Source of the DNA: Patescibacteria group bacterium
Lineage (GTDB): Bacteria; Patescibacteriota; Patescibacteriia; UBA1558; GWA2-36-10
Reading direction: 5' to 3'
Assembly: GCA_041650755.1 (NCBI GenBank)
Contig: JBAZKN010000001.1
Span: 4,387 to 68,386, forward strand
Length of the DNA stretch: 64,000 nucleotides
Within the stretch, counting starts at the first letter, position 1, and every line of letters starts with the position of its first letter. Below are positions 48,856 through 58,836 of the stretch, piece after piece. The position numbers and the translations under genes are program-made. Under the pieces are notes generated by a model. That model was not told the origin of the DNA, made no database searches, and saw only the letters and a list, made by a program, of their open reading frames with translations.

Positions 48856-49716
48856 ATGCCGGAATTACCAGAAGTAGAGACAATTAGGCGGGGATTGGCG
48901 AATAAAATTTTGGATAAACCCATAGTCGGTGTGGTGGTGCGCACCAAATCGCTGGTCAAGAGTGATTTTAAATTTTTTAAAAAAAATTTACAGCATAATA
49001 AATTTACCGACATCAAGCGCCTGGGTAAATTGTTGATCTGGCGACTGTCCCGGGGCGAGCATTATCTGTTGGTGCATTTGAAGATGACCGGTCAGTTGAT
49101 TTATGTGTTGGGTGATAGCATCATTGCCGGCGGGCACAATCTGCCGAATTTAGGTAAGCTGCCTAATAAATATTCTCATATCATTATCAAGTTTGCCGAC
49201 GGCTCGCGTTTATTTTTTAATGATCTGCGGCAATTCGGATATTTTAAGTTGCATCCCAAAAAATATCATCAGCAGATAGCCGGCCAATTTGGCATTGAGC
49301 CTTTGACCCCAGATTTTACGCTGATTAATTTTACCAAAGCCTTGGCTAAGAGGCGGATCAGTATCAAAGCTGTTTTATTGAACCAGAAATTAATTGCCGG
49401 CCTGGGCAATATCTATGTTGATGAAATTTGTTTTCGCAGTCAGGTCAGACCAACTAGAATAGTGGCTAGCTTAAAAGCGGCGGAAATAAAAAGATTATAT
49501 TTGGCTTGTCTTTATATTATCAAAAAAGCAATCAAACATCGCGGCACGACTTTTAGCGATTATCTTGATACTGATGGCAGGGTTGGCAACTATGAAAAAT
49601 ACCTCAAAGTCTATGGCCGGGCAGGGGAAATGTGCAGTCGTTGTCATCGGGCCAGCATAAAAAAAATAAAATTAGCTGGCCGAGGTACTCATTATTGCCC
49701 GAATTGTCAATTTTAA
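48856..49716 (+). CDS. mutM: Formamidopyrimidine-DNA glycosylase
   Basis: N-terminal MPELPEVE catalytic Pro2/Glu3, H2TH region, C-terminal zinc finger CSRCH...CPNCQ. Confidence 0.9.
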   Translation: MPELPEVETIRRGLANKILDKPIVGVVVRTKSLVKSDFKFFKKNLQHNKFTDIKRLGKLLIWRLSRGEHYLLVHLKMTGQLIYVLGDSIIAGGHNLPNLGKLPNKYSHIIIKFADGSRLFFNDLRQFGYFKLHPKKYHQQIAGQFGIEPLTPDFTLINFTKALAKRRISIKAVLLNQKLIAGLGNIYVDEICFRSQVRPTRIVASLKAAEIKRLYLACLYIIKKAIKHRGTTFSDYLDTDGRVGNYEKYLKVYGRAGEMCSRCHRASIKKIKLAGRGTHYCPNCQF

Positions 49717-49899
49717 ACTCTAAGCAAAAAAAATTGTTTTTTAGCCCTTAAATTGGGTGTTTTTTGTTAACTATTGACTTTTTTCTAAATATATGATTTA
49801 ATATAATGTTAGCCAAAGATCGTATGGTCTTTGGCCAGCGATCTTTGAAATTGGGAGTTAACCAAGTTCCTGGGCTTTGAATAGAAGGGACGGTGCGTC

Positions 49900-51372
49900 A
49901 TGTTCGATTGGATTTCTTTGCACAATGGGGTTGCGGCTATACTAGCCGCGATCCTGACTTTCGGAGGCGTGCTGATTTCGGCCATTTGGCCCACCCAGGT
50001 CAAGTGGTCGAGGACTACCAAGATCATCACGACGGTCATCACGACTATCGTGATCCTGGTGGTCTGCGGCCTGGTTCTGAATCATGCTGGCGTGGATGTC
50101 CTGAGCGTCTTCGGCGACTCCAAGTCTGCCGAGACGGACAGCGGACAGCCGGCCAAGGGATTTCCTTGGTTGCGCATCATCATCGCTCTGGCTTGGGCAG
50201 TCTACTTTGGGTACATGACTAAGAGTACCATTGAACCCAAGGAGTGGTCCATTGAGAAGGACGAAGATGGCAACATCATTAAGCCGGCGCGTGTGCGCTG
50301 GTCCAGTGTGTTGTCGTGCGTACTTCTCGGGCTATTCGGATCCCTCACTATCCTCGGAGTGCATCTAGGTAAGCTTTGGTGGTTCTGCTTGGCGGCGCTG
50401 GTGTTTGACTGTCTATACATCGTGCCATTTCTCCACACCTATGCCATTTTCGTTCTTCAGCATCAGGTGGCGTTCTGGCAGAGGGGGTTTCGTTTCGGCT
50501 TTCCCAGTTTCTTCAAGTCTGGCGTGTGGCAGATTTGGAATCTGTCGCGGGCCAAGATTGAAGCGAACTTCCCCACTCAGCAACTGCCGACCGGCGATAC
50601 GCCCTTGATGATCAAGGCGACTGCCAAGGCGACTGGTGATCCAACTTCGGAAGATGAGACCCTGAGCAGTACTATTTCACTGGAGAACTGGGTCTTGTTC
50701 TGGACCAACTGGTGGCCCTGGAAATTTATCAGGTACTCCAGGACGGACAGGGAGCAGATCAAGACCATCGTGTTCAATATCATTGAAGCGATGGAGACCG
50801 AGCTGCTCCTAGAGATGCCGTTCATGATTGCCCGACAACTGAAGAAGTACTTCATCACCAACGTCGACCTTCAGCATGCAGCTGACCAGGCCGGCCTGGG
50901 TGGACTGTGCGAAACTCTAATTAAGAGCGATGCTCCGGAGAGCGACTTTCTGCATCTCGCTTCTAGGGTGTTTCGTCACAACAAAACGCAGATGGATCTC
51001 TACAAGCGCTTTCTGGAGCTCCGCAAGCGCGTGTTGGTCTTGATCGGGTGCTACATCGAAGACATCCGAGTCAAGGATCGCAATGCGCCTCCGGACATCG
51101 AGGCGGCCATTAACAGTGTCACCTTGGCTAGGCTGGCCCTCCAGAAGGCCTTGATCAACGTTCAGATCCTGGGGGCTGATGGTAACGCCATCAGCGCTCG
51201 GGATGCCAACTCCCTGAAGGGCGTGCTGACTCTTCTCAAGGAGGATGACAACGCTAGCCTTCTGCTCGCTTGGACCGAATTCAAGCGGGCCACGGAGAAC
51301 AGGAATATCAGCATCAACCCGGGCGGCATTGATCTGCAGAAGATCTTGGCTGCCTTGGTTGCAAGGGCCTAA
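49900..51372 (+). CDS. GC-rich hypothetical membrane protein (490 aa)
   Basis: Several N-terminal TM helices then soluble domain; GC far above flanks; strong terminator downstream. Confidence 0.7.
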   Translation: MFDWISLHNGVAAILAAILTFGGVLISAIWPTQVKWSRTTKIITTVITTIVILVVCGLVLNHAGVDVLSVFGDSKSAETDSGQPAKGFPWLRIIIALAWAVYFGYMTKSTIEPKEWSIEKDEDGNIIKPARVRWSSVLSCVLLGLFGSLTILGVHLGKLWWFCLAALVFDCLYIVPFLHTYAIFVLQHQVAFWQRGFRFGFPSFFKSGVWQIWNLSRAKIEANFPTQQLPTGDTPLMIKATAKATGDPTSEDETLSSTISLENWVLFWTNWWPWKFIRYSRTDREQIKTIVFNIIEAMETELLLEMPFMIARQLKKYFITNVDLQHAADQAGLGGLCETLIKSDAPESDFLHLASRVFRHNKTQMDLYKRFLELRKRVLVLIGCYIEDIRVKDRNAPPDIEAAINSVTLARLALQKALINVQILGADGNAISARDANSLKGVLTLLKEDDNASLLLAWTEFKRATENRNISINPGGIDLQKILAALVARA

Positions 51373-51407
51373 CTCCCAACTCCTCGTGCCCATTGCGTGG
51401 CGCGGGA

Positions 51408-51456
51408 ACCCCGTCTAGCTGCTGGCAACAGTCAGCTGGACGGGGTTGTTTTTTTT
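51408..51456 (+). terminator. Rho-independent terminator
   Basis: AACCCCGTC-loop-GACGGGGTT followed by T8. Confidence 0.75.
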
Positions 51457-51583
51457 GGAAATAAATGCCATAATATTAGTAGTTAAAATTATTATTAAAA
51501 CAAAAATATTTACCCCGTTAGATATATACAATAAATCGAATCGGGGTTAATATAATAACAAAATAAAAAATTATTAATTTTTT

Positions 51584-51949
51584 ATGAACATGAAAAATCC
51601 AAATATTTCTAATGGGGCGGAAGACATAATCCAAAATTTTGCCCTGGATTTATTGAAACAAGCCGGCATTGATAATATGCCTGAAGAATTTAAAAAAGAA
51701 TACTTGGAAAAATTGGCCATAGAAGCGGAAAGACGTTTAGGCGTAATGGCCATGGAAGAATTAGACGCCAAAGGCCTAGAAGAGTTTGAGGCTTTCATGA
51801 GCACGCGAGAGGCTCCAAAATCAGAGGAATTTTTGGAGTTTTTTAATAGCCACATTAGTGATTTTTCTGCCAAAGCTAATCAGACTTTGCAGGATTTTGC
51901 TAAAGAATTTTTGTCTAGCGCAGCCGACTTAAAGAGCGCCAAAATATAG
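51584..51949 (+). CDS. Hypothetical acidic protein (121 aa)
   Basis: ORF preceded by ACCCCG...CGGGGT hairpin motif and TAATATAAT. Confidence 0.55.
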   Translation: MNMKNPNISNGAEDIIQNFALDLLKQAGIDNMPEEFKKEYLEKLAIEAERRLGVMAMEELDAKGLEEFEAFMSTREAPKSEEFLEFFNSHISDFSAKANQTLQDFAKEFLSSAADLKSAKI

Positions 51950-51961
51950 AAATAGACTTTT

Positions 51962-52129
51962 ATGACCAATCAGGAAAAAATTGAACGCTTTCGTCAAATT
52001 TTTGCTGATTTTTTGGCTACCCTAAACAAACTAAAAAAAGTGGTGGCTGATAGATCAGCTAATCGAGTCAAGGCGCAAGAAAAAGCAAAAATTGATGAGT
52101 TATTAGCTAAAATAAATAAGGATTATTAA
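51962..52129 (+). CDS. Small hypothetical protein (55 aa), translationally coupled to giant gene
   Basis: MTNQEKIERFRQIFADFLATLNKLKK...; stop TAA overlaps ATG of next gene (TAATATG); not in ORF track because under 60 aa. Confidence 0.4.
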   Translation: MTNQEKIERFRQIFADFLATLNKLKKVVADRSANRVKAQEKAKIDELLAKINKDY

Positions 52130-52130
52130 T

Positions 52131-55100
52131 ATGCCAGAAGACAAAAAACCAGTAGGCGGCCAGGAAGTCCCCCAACAAGCAGGCGAGGTCGTGCCGGTCG
52201 AAGCAGGCCCAGAATTTGTGGCCAAAGAACAGGCTAATACCCATCGTCAAATAGAAGGTGCTTTGGCAGATTTTACAGAATTATTGACAGCGGATAGCGC
52301 TAATCGAACTGAAGTTGCTCAAGGACAAGCTGCTGCGGAAACCGCTCACACTGAAGTAGATAGAGTGGCTGCCGAGCCGGCGACTATAGGGCCGGCAATG
52401 GTCGGCGAAAGAGAGGAAAGTGAGACAGGAGCACCGACTTTATCACCAGAGCTTACGCTTGAGTTATTAAAATCCCTGGGTATTGATCTTCTTTTGCAAT
52501 CAGTTATTTGGAAAAATTTAAAACCAGAAGATCAGCGGGCATTGCGCAATTTAGTGGCAGCCGGCGATAATAGTAAAATTATTGATTTTTATAGGACAAA
52601 GCAGGCCGAGATACAAAAAGAAAGAGCTGTTCAACGGGAGGCCTTGGTTGAAAGGATTAAAGCATTAAGAGTTGGAGATGTTATTGTTTCAAAGTCTGGC
52701 ACTCGCCGTAAAGTTTTAAACATAGGGCCAGAAGTTGTTACGTTTGAAAGGACTGCTCCAGGCAAAGCTCCTGAACAAGAAGATATGAATATTGCCTCAC
52801 AATTATTATATGATAATAGTTGGATTGATAAAATAGAAGACGTGCAAATAAAAGGCATGGCGACAGAGTCTCCTGAGCCGGCAAAAGCAGAGAAGCGCTA
52901 TGCAAAATTAGAGCATGATCCTCGTTATGTCGAGCTTTTAGAACGGCAGTGTCTGCTATATTTGATGACCAAGGATCCAAACAAGGACATATTTTTATCC
53001 AAATACAGCGGTCAGTGCAATGATGATGGCTTTCTTTTGGATAAAGAAGGAAAATCAACTCAAGTTTTGCCAAGCCAGTGTATTGGCGAAGAGGGCTTAG
53101 CTGAAGCCGGGAGATTAGCTAAGCAAGAATTTATTAATTTATATATAGAAAAAGACCTAGGCTATTTGGATATTGATCCAAAAGCAATTTGGGAGAAATT
53201 GACACCAGAGGATATCAAAGTTTTGCAGGATTTGATGCAGAATGGCGACACTGCAAAACTGGAAGAATTTTACAAGACAAAGATCAAAGATGTTTTAACA
53301 GAACAACAAAAAGATGCGGCTAATAATGAGCAGCTATTGCAAGAGTCAGCTGCATCTATCAATGCCATTATTCAAGAAACCGTCGAATTTGAGGCCCAGA
53401 GGGCATTATTAAAAAGCGGCGCCAAAGGCAAGGGTGCTATGGTTGCTAAATTGGCTGTCAATGCGGCTATAATGGCCGGTGCTTCTTTTATGATTGGAAC
53501 CCTAGGTATTGCTACGGGTGGCATAGGGGTAGTTGGTGCGGCTGGAGCTATGGCCGGAGTCAGACTTTTATCTAGGAAAATAAATGAAAGACAGGAGAGA
53601 AAAAATGCAGTCCAGCGCCAAAAAGATTATGAAGATGACTTAGCTAAAGAAAAATCAGAGGCTCTAAAAAATTTATTTAGTCAGAACAATATAGAAAAGT
53701 TGCGCTGCCAATTAAGTGGCCACATTGCCAATGTTTTGCGGGAGCAGACCAGTGAGCAGGCTTTGCAAGCTCTGCGGGGGTATAAGCAGGCTGGTGGCGA
53801 AGGCGAGGCAGAAGTTCTAGACGCTAGATTGCGCGATGTAGAAAAGGAGCTTTATTTGAATGCTTTGACTAAAGTAAAAGCCGAATATCCAGAATCCAGT
53901 ATAGAGCAGCAGAAAAATATGGCCCTGACTATGGCTTTGACTTTAGGGCAGCATGAAAGGACGGAAAATGACGCTCGACAAAGGCTAGAAGCCATTAGGC
54001 AATCAAAACCAGCCTTGTATAAAGTCATTGAGAAATATAATTTATTGAGTGCTGGTCGGCCAGACAGGAAACCAGCCGGCATGACATCTCAAGAAGAAAG
54101 CGTTTGGCGCAAATCAAAGTATGAATTAATGAGTCTTGGCATTGGTACAGCTGTCGGTGTGGCTGTCAGAACCTCTGGTATAGGCAGAATAGCTATGGGC
54201 GCAGTGGTAGGCGCTGGTATTGGCTATAAAGTTGGCGAAGCTATAGAGAAAAAGGCAGAGCAAAAGGCTTTGGCAGAAATTGCCAAAATGGTAGATGAGG
54301 GCGAAGCAATGATTCGAGATATTGAATTACCCTCAGATCAAATAGCTGATTTAAAAGACAACAGTATTTTTGTAAAAAGTAAACTAGATTTGGGTTTATT
54401 GGATAATGATCCGCTTTTGTATAGTCGGGCAGAAAATTTTGTTCATCAGGTGCAAAAATTGGAGCTAGCCAATCAGGAGTCTTTGCAGAAATTATTATCC
54501 AGTTTAAGTGAGCGGACGGATAAGCGTGCTAAACAAGTGGAAGATGACTTACAAATAATTGGCGGCAAGATCAAGAATCGACGCCTCTGGACAACTATCG
54601 GTGGTGCTGTGGTCGGCGGAGCACTGGCCTGGGCAGCCGGGGAGCTGACTCATAAAAAACCAGAGCAGGATAATACTCATCCAGTTGGGCAAAAAGAGCC
54701 GCCAACTGCCGGAGCAGAACAAACAGTGGTACCGCCAGCTGAACAAGCTCCGCAAATACCCATGGAGTCCGAAGTACAGAGTGGTGATTCTGTTTGGAAA
54801 TTAGCCAAAGAGCAGCTGGAACAGCGCTATGGCCATGATAGGTGGGAAACTTTTGGTGAAGCTAGACAAACCCACATGATTGATGAAATTAAAGATCAGG
54901 TAGCAGCTCATCCCGAGGCCTATGGCCTGCACCATGATATAGACGAGCTGCGTGTAGGAGAAAAAGTTGATTTTTCACCCTCATTTAGTAAACCAGACGC
55001 CCTGGCGCAATTGGAATTGCATGCCGATCAACACAGCGCAGCCGAATTACAAAATATTATCCACACCAATGCTGATTTGCGAGCAGCGGCTGATCATGGA

Positions 55101-56321
55101 GTGCATTTGACCAATGAAAATGTTGACCAAGTGGCAGCTGCTGTCAGACAGCACGGTGTTGATTATTTGAGCCAGGATGGCTCGGTGCATGATTGGGCTT
55201 GGCATGGCCAGGCAGTAGATAGAATGCCAAATGGAGATTTTGTGGTAGTTGATTCGGGCCAACATTTACAGACTCCAGATTTGGCAGAGACAATAAATCA
55301 AGGATCTCAAAAAGACTCAGAAGTGGTTGCTCAAGAAACTGCTACCCAAGCGGCTGCTGCTCAAGAAACGGTTGCACAGACAGCCCAACAGCCAGTTGAG
55401 CAATTTTTGGCTAGTAGTGATCCCCAGCACTACAACCACGATGTTTATTTGACGGCCAAGGGCAACGGGCAGCTGGATCAAATATTCATGAAGGCCGCAG
55501 AATCAAAAGATCAAGTGGTAATGGAACGCTTTATCCGTGATTGGGCGGGCGATCATGAAATATCGCAAAATCAGCAAGATATATTTTTAGCCACATTAAG
55601 AGATAATGATCGTATTGATTTGACCTTAGCTGGCCGGCTGGAAGTCAAAAATTTAGAAGTTTTGCAGCAAAACTATGAAGCCTTTAAGCACAATCTTTTG
55701 GATAGCTATCATGATGTAAAACACATGCCAGCCGGTGAATGGCACCCAGTCCAAGCGGGCAATGAATATGCTTTGGTGCAAAAATACCACACTTCTGTTT
55801 GGCCAATAAGACGGGATCATTGGCTGATAGATACGGATGGCAATACGGAGGTTGATATTGTTGCTACAGACGATGCGGCCATGAAATCAATCTTTGCTAA
55901 ACATAGTTTCTTAACGCACACTGACAATTCTAGGCCACTAGCCTCGGCTGATTCATTTAATGGAGCTTCTGATTCTATGACCGGCCAGCCCGAGATGGAT
56001 TTAGATCAATTGAATAGAAATATATTTGCCTTGGACAAATTTTTAGATAGCCACTTAAGCCAGGAAAACCGCTTGAGCGCTTTGGCTGCAGAAATACCGG
56101 CTGGCGGAAAAGTAAATATTGGTGGCATTGTTTTGTCGGGCGAAAATGACAAAATACTGTGGCACATCGGCAATCGGCCGCCTATAGAAATTAATGCCGA
56201 AAATATAGACAGAGTTTCGAAGGCGATTTTAATAATTCAAGATAAGATAGCCAATGTTCCCCAAAAAGACTGGGCCGATGAAATAAAGCGCGCCCTGAGA
56301 GATGCAAAAATAGAAAAATAA
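52131..56321 (+). CDS. Giant hypothetical protein (1396 aa) with coiled-coil regions and three Gly-zipper TM segments
   Basis: Long ORF; TM-like AMVAKLAVNAAIMAGASFMIGTLGIATGGIGVVGAAGAMAG, LGIGTAVGVAVRTSGIGRIAMGAVVGAGIG, LWTTIGGAVVGGALAWAAG; acidic/Gln-rich repeats. Confidence 0.8.
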   Translation: MPEDKKPVGGQEVPQQAGEVVPVEAGPEFVAKEQANTHRQIEGALADFTELLTADSANRTEVAQGQAAAETAHTEVDRVAAEPATIGPAMVGEREESETGAPTLSPELTLELLKSLGIDLLLQSVIWKNLKPEDQRALRNLVAAGDNSKIIDFYRTKQAEIQKERAVQREALVERIKALRVGDVIVSKSGTRRKVLNIGPEVVTFERTAPGKAPEQEDMNIASQLLYDNSWIDKIEDVQIKGMATESPEPAKAEKRYAKLEHDPRYVELLERQCLLYLMTKDPNKDIFLSKYSGQCNDDGFLLDKEGKSTQVLPSQCIGEEGLAEAGRLAKQEFINLYIEKDLGYLDIDPKAIWEKLTPEDIKVLQDLMQNGDTAKLEEFYKTKIKDVLTEQQKDAANNEQLLQESAASINAIIQETVEFEAQRALLKSGAKGKGAMVAKLAVNAAIMAGASFMIGTLGIATGGIGVVGAAGAMAGVRLLSRKINERQERKNAVQRQKDYEDDLAKEKSEALKNLFSQNNIEKLRCQLSGHIANVLREQTSEQALQALRGYKQAGGEGEAEVLDARLRDVEKELYLNALTKVKAEYPESSIEQQKNMALTMALTLGQHERTENDARQRLEAIRQSKPALYKVIEKYNLLSAGRPDRKPAGMTSQEESVWRKSKYELMSLGIGTAVGVAVRTSGIGRIAMGAVVGAGIGYKVGEAIEKKAEQKALAEIAKMVDEGEAMIRDIELPSDQIADLKDNSIFVKSKLDLGLLDNDPLLYSRAENFVHQVQKLELANQESLQKLLSSLSERTDKRAKQVEDDLQIIGGKIKNRRLWTTIGGAVVGGALAWAAGELTHKKPEQDNTHPVGQKEPPTAGAEQTVVPPAEQAPQIPMESEVQSGDSVWKLAKEQLEQRYGHDRWETFGEARQTHMIDEIKDQVAAHPEAYGLHHDIDELRVGEKVDFSPSFSKPDALAQLELHADQHSAAELQNIIHTNADLRAAADHGVHLTNENVDQVAAAVRQHGVDYLSQDGSVHDWAWHGQAVDRMPNGDFVVVDSGQHLQTPDLAETINQGSQKDSEVVAQETATQAAAAQETVAQTAQQPVEQFLASSDPQHYNHDVYLTAKGNGQLDQIFMKAAESKDQVVMERFIRDWAGDHEISQNQQDIFLATLRDNDRIDLTLAGRLEVKNLEVLQQNYEAFKHNLLDSYHDVKHMPAGEWHPVQAGNEYALVQKYHTSVWPIRRDHWLIDTDGNTEVDIVATDDAAMKSIFAKHSFLTHTDNSRPLASADSFNGASDSMTGQPEMDLDQLNRNIFALDKFLDSHLSQENRLSALAAEIPAGGKVNIGGIVLSGENDKILWHIGNRPPIEINAENIDRVSKAILIIQDKIANVPQKDWADEIKRALRDAKIEK

Positions 56322-56326
56322 TTTTT

Positions 56327-56372
56327 AAAATCCAAGCGTAGGTGATTATTATTTAGCTTGGATTTTATATTT
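56327..56372. terminator. Bidirectional terminator between convergent genes
   Basis: AAAATCCAAGC-loop-GCTTGGATTTT, A-run and T-run on either side. Confidence 0.65.
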
Positions 56373-57336
56373 GAGAAAATATTTTTCTGACATCCTTGGG
56401 GCTGTCAACAGCCACCAATTTTTTTCGCAAGTTAGAGGCTTGGGGGTGCCCCCGGACATAAAACAATAAATGTTTGCGCATTTCCTTAAATCCTGAAGCG
56501 CTTTTACTTTCATACAAGAGATCGGCGTGCTGGATAGCGACTTTTTTGATTTCCGGCCAAGTTATTTCTTGATATTGGCCAGTATTGATATAGTCACGTA
56601 TTTGCTTGAAAAGCCAAGGCCGACCATAGAGAGAACGAGATAGGGCAATGCCATCGGCGCCGGTGTGTTTTAAGTCAGCCACCACCGATTCTACTGTTTG
56701 GAAAGATCCGTTGATTAAAAAAACGCCGGTTTTAAATTTACTTTTTATTGATTTTAGCATCTCCAAATCAACCGGCCCGGTAAATGGCGTTTCATAGGTG
56801 CGCCCATGAATTATTAGAGCCGCTATAGGGAATTCAGCTAGGGCATCTACTAGATCTAGGGCAGTAATATTGCCTTTATCGGGGTGCCCTTTTATAGTAT
56901 TAATGCTAATGCGGCTTTTGATAGAAATTGGTATGTCAACTGCCGCGATAGTATTGGCAACTATTTTTTTGACCGTTGGCATATCGCGTAGCAAGCAAAT
57001 GCCGCCGCCGTGTCCAGCAACTTTTTTTGCTGGACAGCCAAAATTTATATCTAAGCCAGCCACACCCAAAGAAGCTACTAGTTTGGCAGCCTTGGGGTAG
57101 AGCTCGGCTCTTTTGCCGAAAATTTGGGCTACTACCGGTTGTTCGCCGGCTTTAAACTCTAGAAGTTTCAGGCTTTTCTGGCTATCATAATACAAAGCGT
57201 CGACCGAAACAAATTCAGTATGGACTACTTGTGCGCCCCAGGCCTTACACATTTGCCGCCAAGCCGAATCGGTAATGCCGGCCATAGGCGTAGTTGTTAA
57301 GATTGGTTTTTCTAGTTTTTCCCAAAAGTTAACCAT
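56365..57336 (-). CDS. dus: tRNA-dihydrouridine synthase
   Basis: N-terminal PMAGITDSAWRQMCKAWGA, TIM-barrel FMN motifs, catalytic Cys in NFGCPAKKV. Confidence 0.9.
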   Translation of the reverse strand: MVNFWEKLEKPILTTTPMAGITDSAWRQMCKAWGAQVVHTEFVSVDALYYDSQKSLKLLEFKAGEQPVVAQIFGKRAELYPKAAKLVASLGVAGLDINFGCPAKKVAGHGGGICLLRDMPTVKKIVANTIAAVDIPISIKSRISINTIKGHPDKGNITALDLVDALAEFPIAALIIHGRTYETPFTGPVDLEMLKSIKSKFKTGVFLINGSFQTVESVVADLKHTGADGIALSRSLYGRPWLFKQIRDYINTGQYQEITWPEIKKVAIQHADLLYESKSASGFKEMRKHLLFYVRGHPQASNLRKKLVAVDSPKDVRKIFSQI

Positions 57337-57428
57337 GACGTTGTGGCTTATGACTTATAGCTAATAGTAAATAGCTTATAGAAAAAATAAAAAGCCGGAT
57401 AACTCTAGGCCATAAGCTATAAGCCATT

Positions 57429-58352
57429 TTAAAGCCAGTCTTTTTTCTTGAAGTATCCTACCAGGCTGAGCATCAATATTATCATGATAGAAAAAATAAT
57501 ATAAAAGTCGTAGTTGGAACCTATGATGGGCGTATAGTGTGTTTCCATGCCAAAGGTGACGGCTATTAAATTAGCTGGCAGCAGGATTACAGAAATAATA
57601 GTCAGGATGCGCATGATCTCATTGAGTTTGAATGATATCAACGATTCATTGGCTTCATGAAAAGCCACTATATTTTCTTTTTGGGTCTCTAAGATATCCC
57701 AGATGTCTTTTGTCCGGTCCAAGATGTTGGCAAAGTATACATCGGCATTATCGGGCATAAAAGATTTTTGGTTGGTCCCTATCAGTTTTTTGATGATGTT
57801 TTTGTGAGCCTGCATGATTTTGCGCAAGTTGACGATATTCCGTTTGATGTTGAGGATTTCCTTGGCAATAATTTTTTCTTTGCCAGAAAATATTTCGTGT
57901 TCGATATTTTCTATGTCTTGATTGACATGATCCAGCATGGGCATAGTATAATTTTGCAAACGATGCAAAATTTCATATAGTAAAAGAGCGGGATGATTGG
58001 CTTGCATGTATTGCTCCTGGCTATAATCATTACGTTTCATTTCTCGGAAGAAATTATTGACAGTCGGTACCAAGCCGTCGCTGATAGTCACCAGATATTT
58101 TGGGCCAACAAAAAAATCCATCTCACTAGATTCTATGGTTCTGGTCTTGCGGTCATAAAATGGCCAAGTCAAAATAAAGAAAATATAGTGCGGATATTCG
58201 CTGATTTGCGGCCGTTGGATTTTTACCAGACAATCTTCCAAGTCCAAAGGATGGAAGCCATATTCTTCTTTGAGCTGGTCAAGATCTTTCGGGCTAGGCT
58301 GGCTGATATGCAGCCATAATAAATTTTTTGTTTTTATTCTTTCGATGGCCAT
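57429..58352 (-). CDS. corA: CorA-family divalent-cation transporter
   Basis: Soluble N-domain plus two C-terminal TM helices with GMN-type motif variant (VTFGMETHY). Confidence 0.75.
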   Translation of the reverse strand: MAIERIKTKNLLWLHISQPSPKDLDQLKEEYGFHPLDLEDCLVKIQRPQISEYPHYIFFILTWPFYDRKTRTIESSEMDFFVGPKYLVTISDGLVPTVNNFFREMKRNDYSQEQYMQANHPALLLYEILHRLQNYTMPMLDHVNQDIENIEHEIFSGKEKIIAKEILNIKRNIVNLRKIMQAHKNIIKKLIGTNQKSFMPDNADVYFANILDRTKDIWDILETQKENIVAFHEANESLISFKLNEIMRILTIISVILLPANLIAVTFGMETHYTPIIGSNYDFYIIFSIMIILMLSLVGYFKKKDWL

Positions 58353-58447
58353 AGAGCTTTTTATATATTATAATACTTTTTTGCTTTTAAGGCAAAAGAT
58401 TTTGGTAAAAAGCGACTTTGTGGTATAATTGTCCTAGTAATTAATGA

Positions 58448-58834
58448 TTGTTGATGGTAAAAAATAACCACGACTTAAAACAAATATGGCACTCTAATTT
58501 TTTTACCATTTTTTTATTGGTGCTATTGATTTTTTCTTTGGTAAAAGTAGGCAAAGAGGCCTTGTTGCGCTATGAAATTAAACAAGAGATCAATAATCTG
58601 GAGGCTAAATTATCGGATGTTCAGGGTAAGACCGATAAGATGAATCAATTGATTGATTATCTAAAAACTGATGAATATGTAGAAAAGCAAGCCAGAGAAA
58701 AGTTAAATTTAGGTGCGCCAGGCGAAAAACAGGTAAATTTGGCAAACGAAGACAGCGATGCTGCCGCGCCTGTTATTGATAATGGCCCCAGTGCCAATAA
58801 TATTGTTAAATGGTTTAATTATTTTTTTAATTAA
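58448..58834 (+). CDS. Septum-formation initiator FtsB/DivIC-like
   Basis: N-terminal TM helix then coiled coil (EINNLEAKLSDVQGKTDKMNQLIDYLK). Confidence 0.55.
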   Translation: MLMVKNNHDLKQIWHSNFFTIFLLVLLIFSLVKVGKEALLRYEIKQEINNLEAKLSDVQGKTDKMNQLIDYLKTDEYVEKQAREKLNLGAPGEKQVNLANEDSDAAAPVIDNGPSANNIVKWFNYFFN

Positions 58835-58836
58835 AT

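Noticed and set aside
49893-50222. 109-aa plus-strand ORF in an alternative frame over the start of the GC-rich membrane-protein gene
   Set aside because: It overlaps the longer 490-aa frame, which has coherent TM topology. Its Arg/His/Asp-rich product is typical of an off-frame GC-rich translation.
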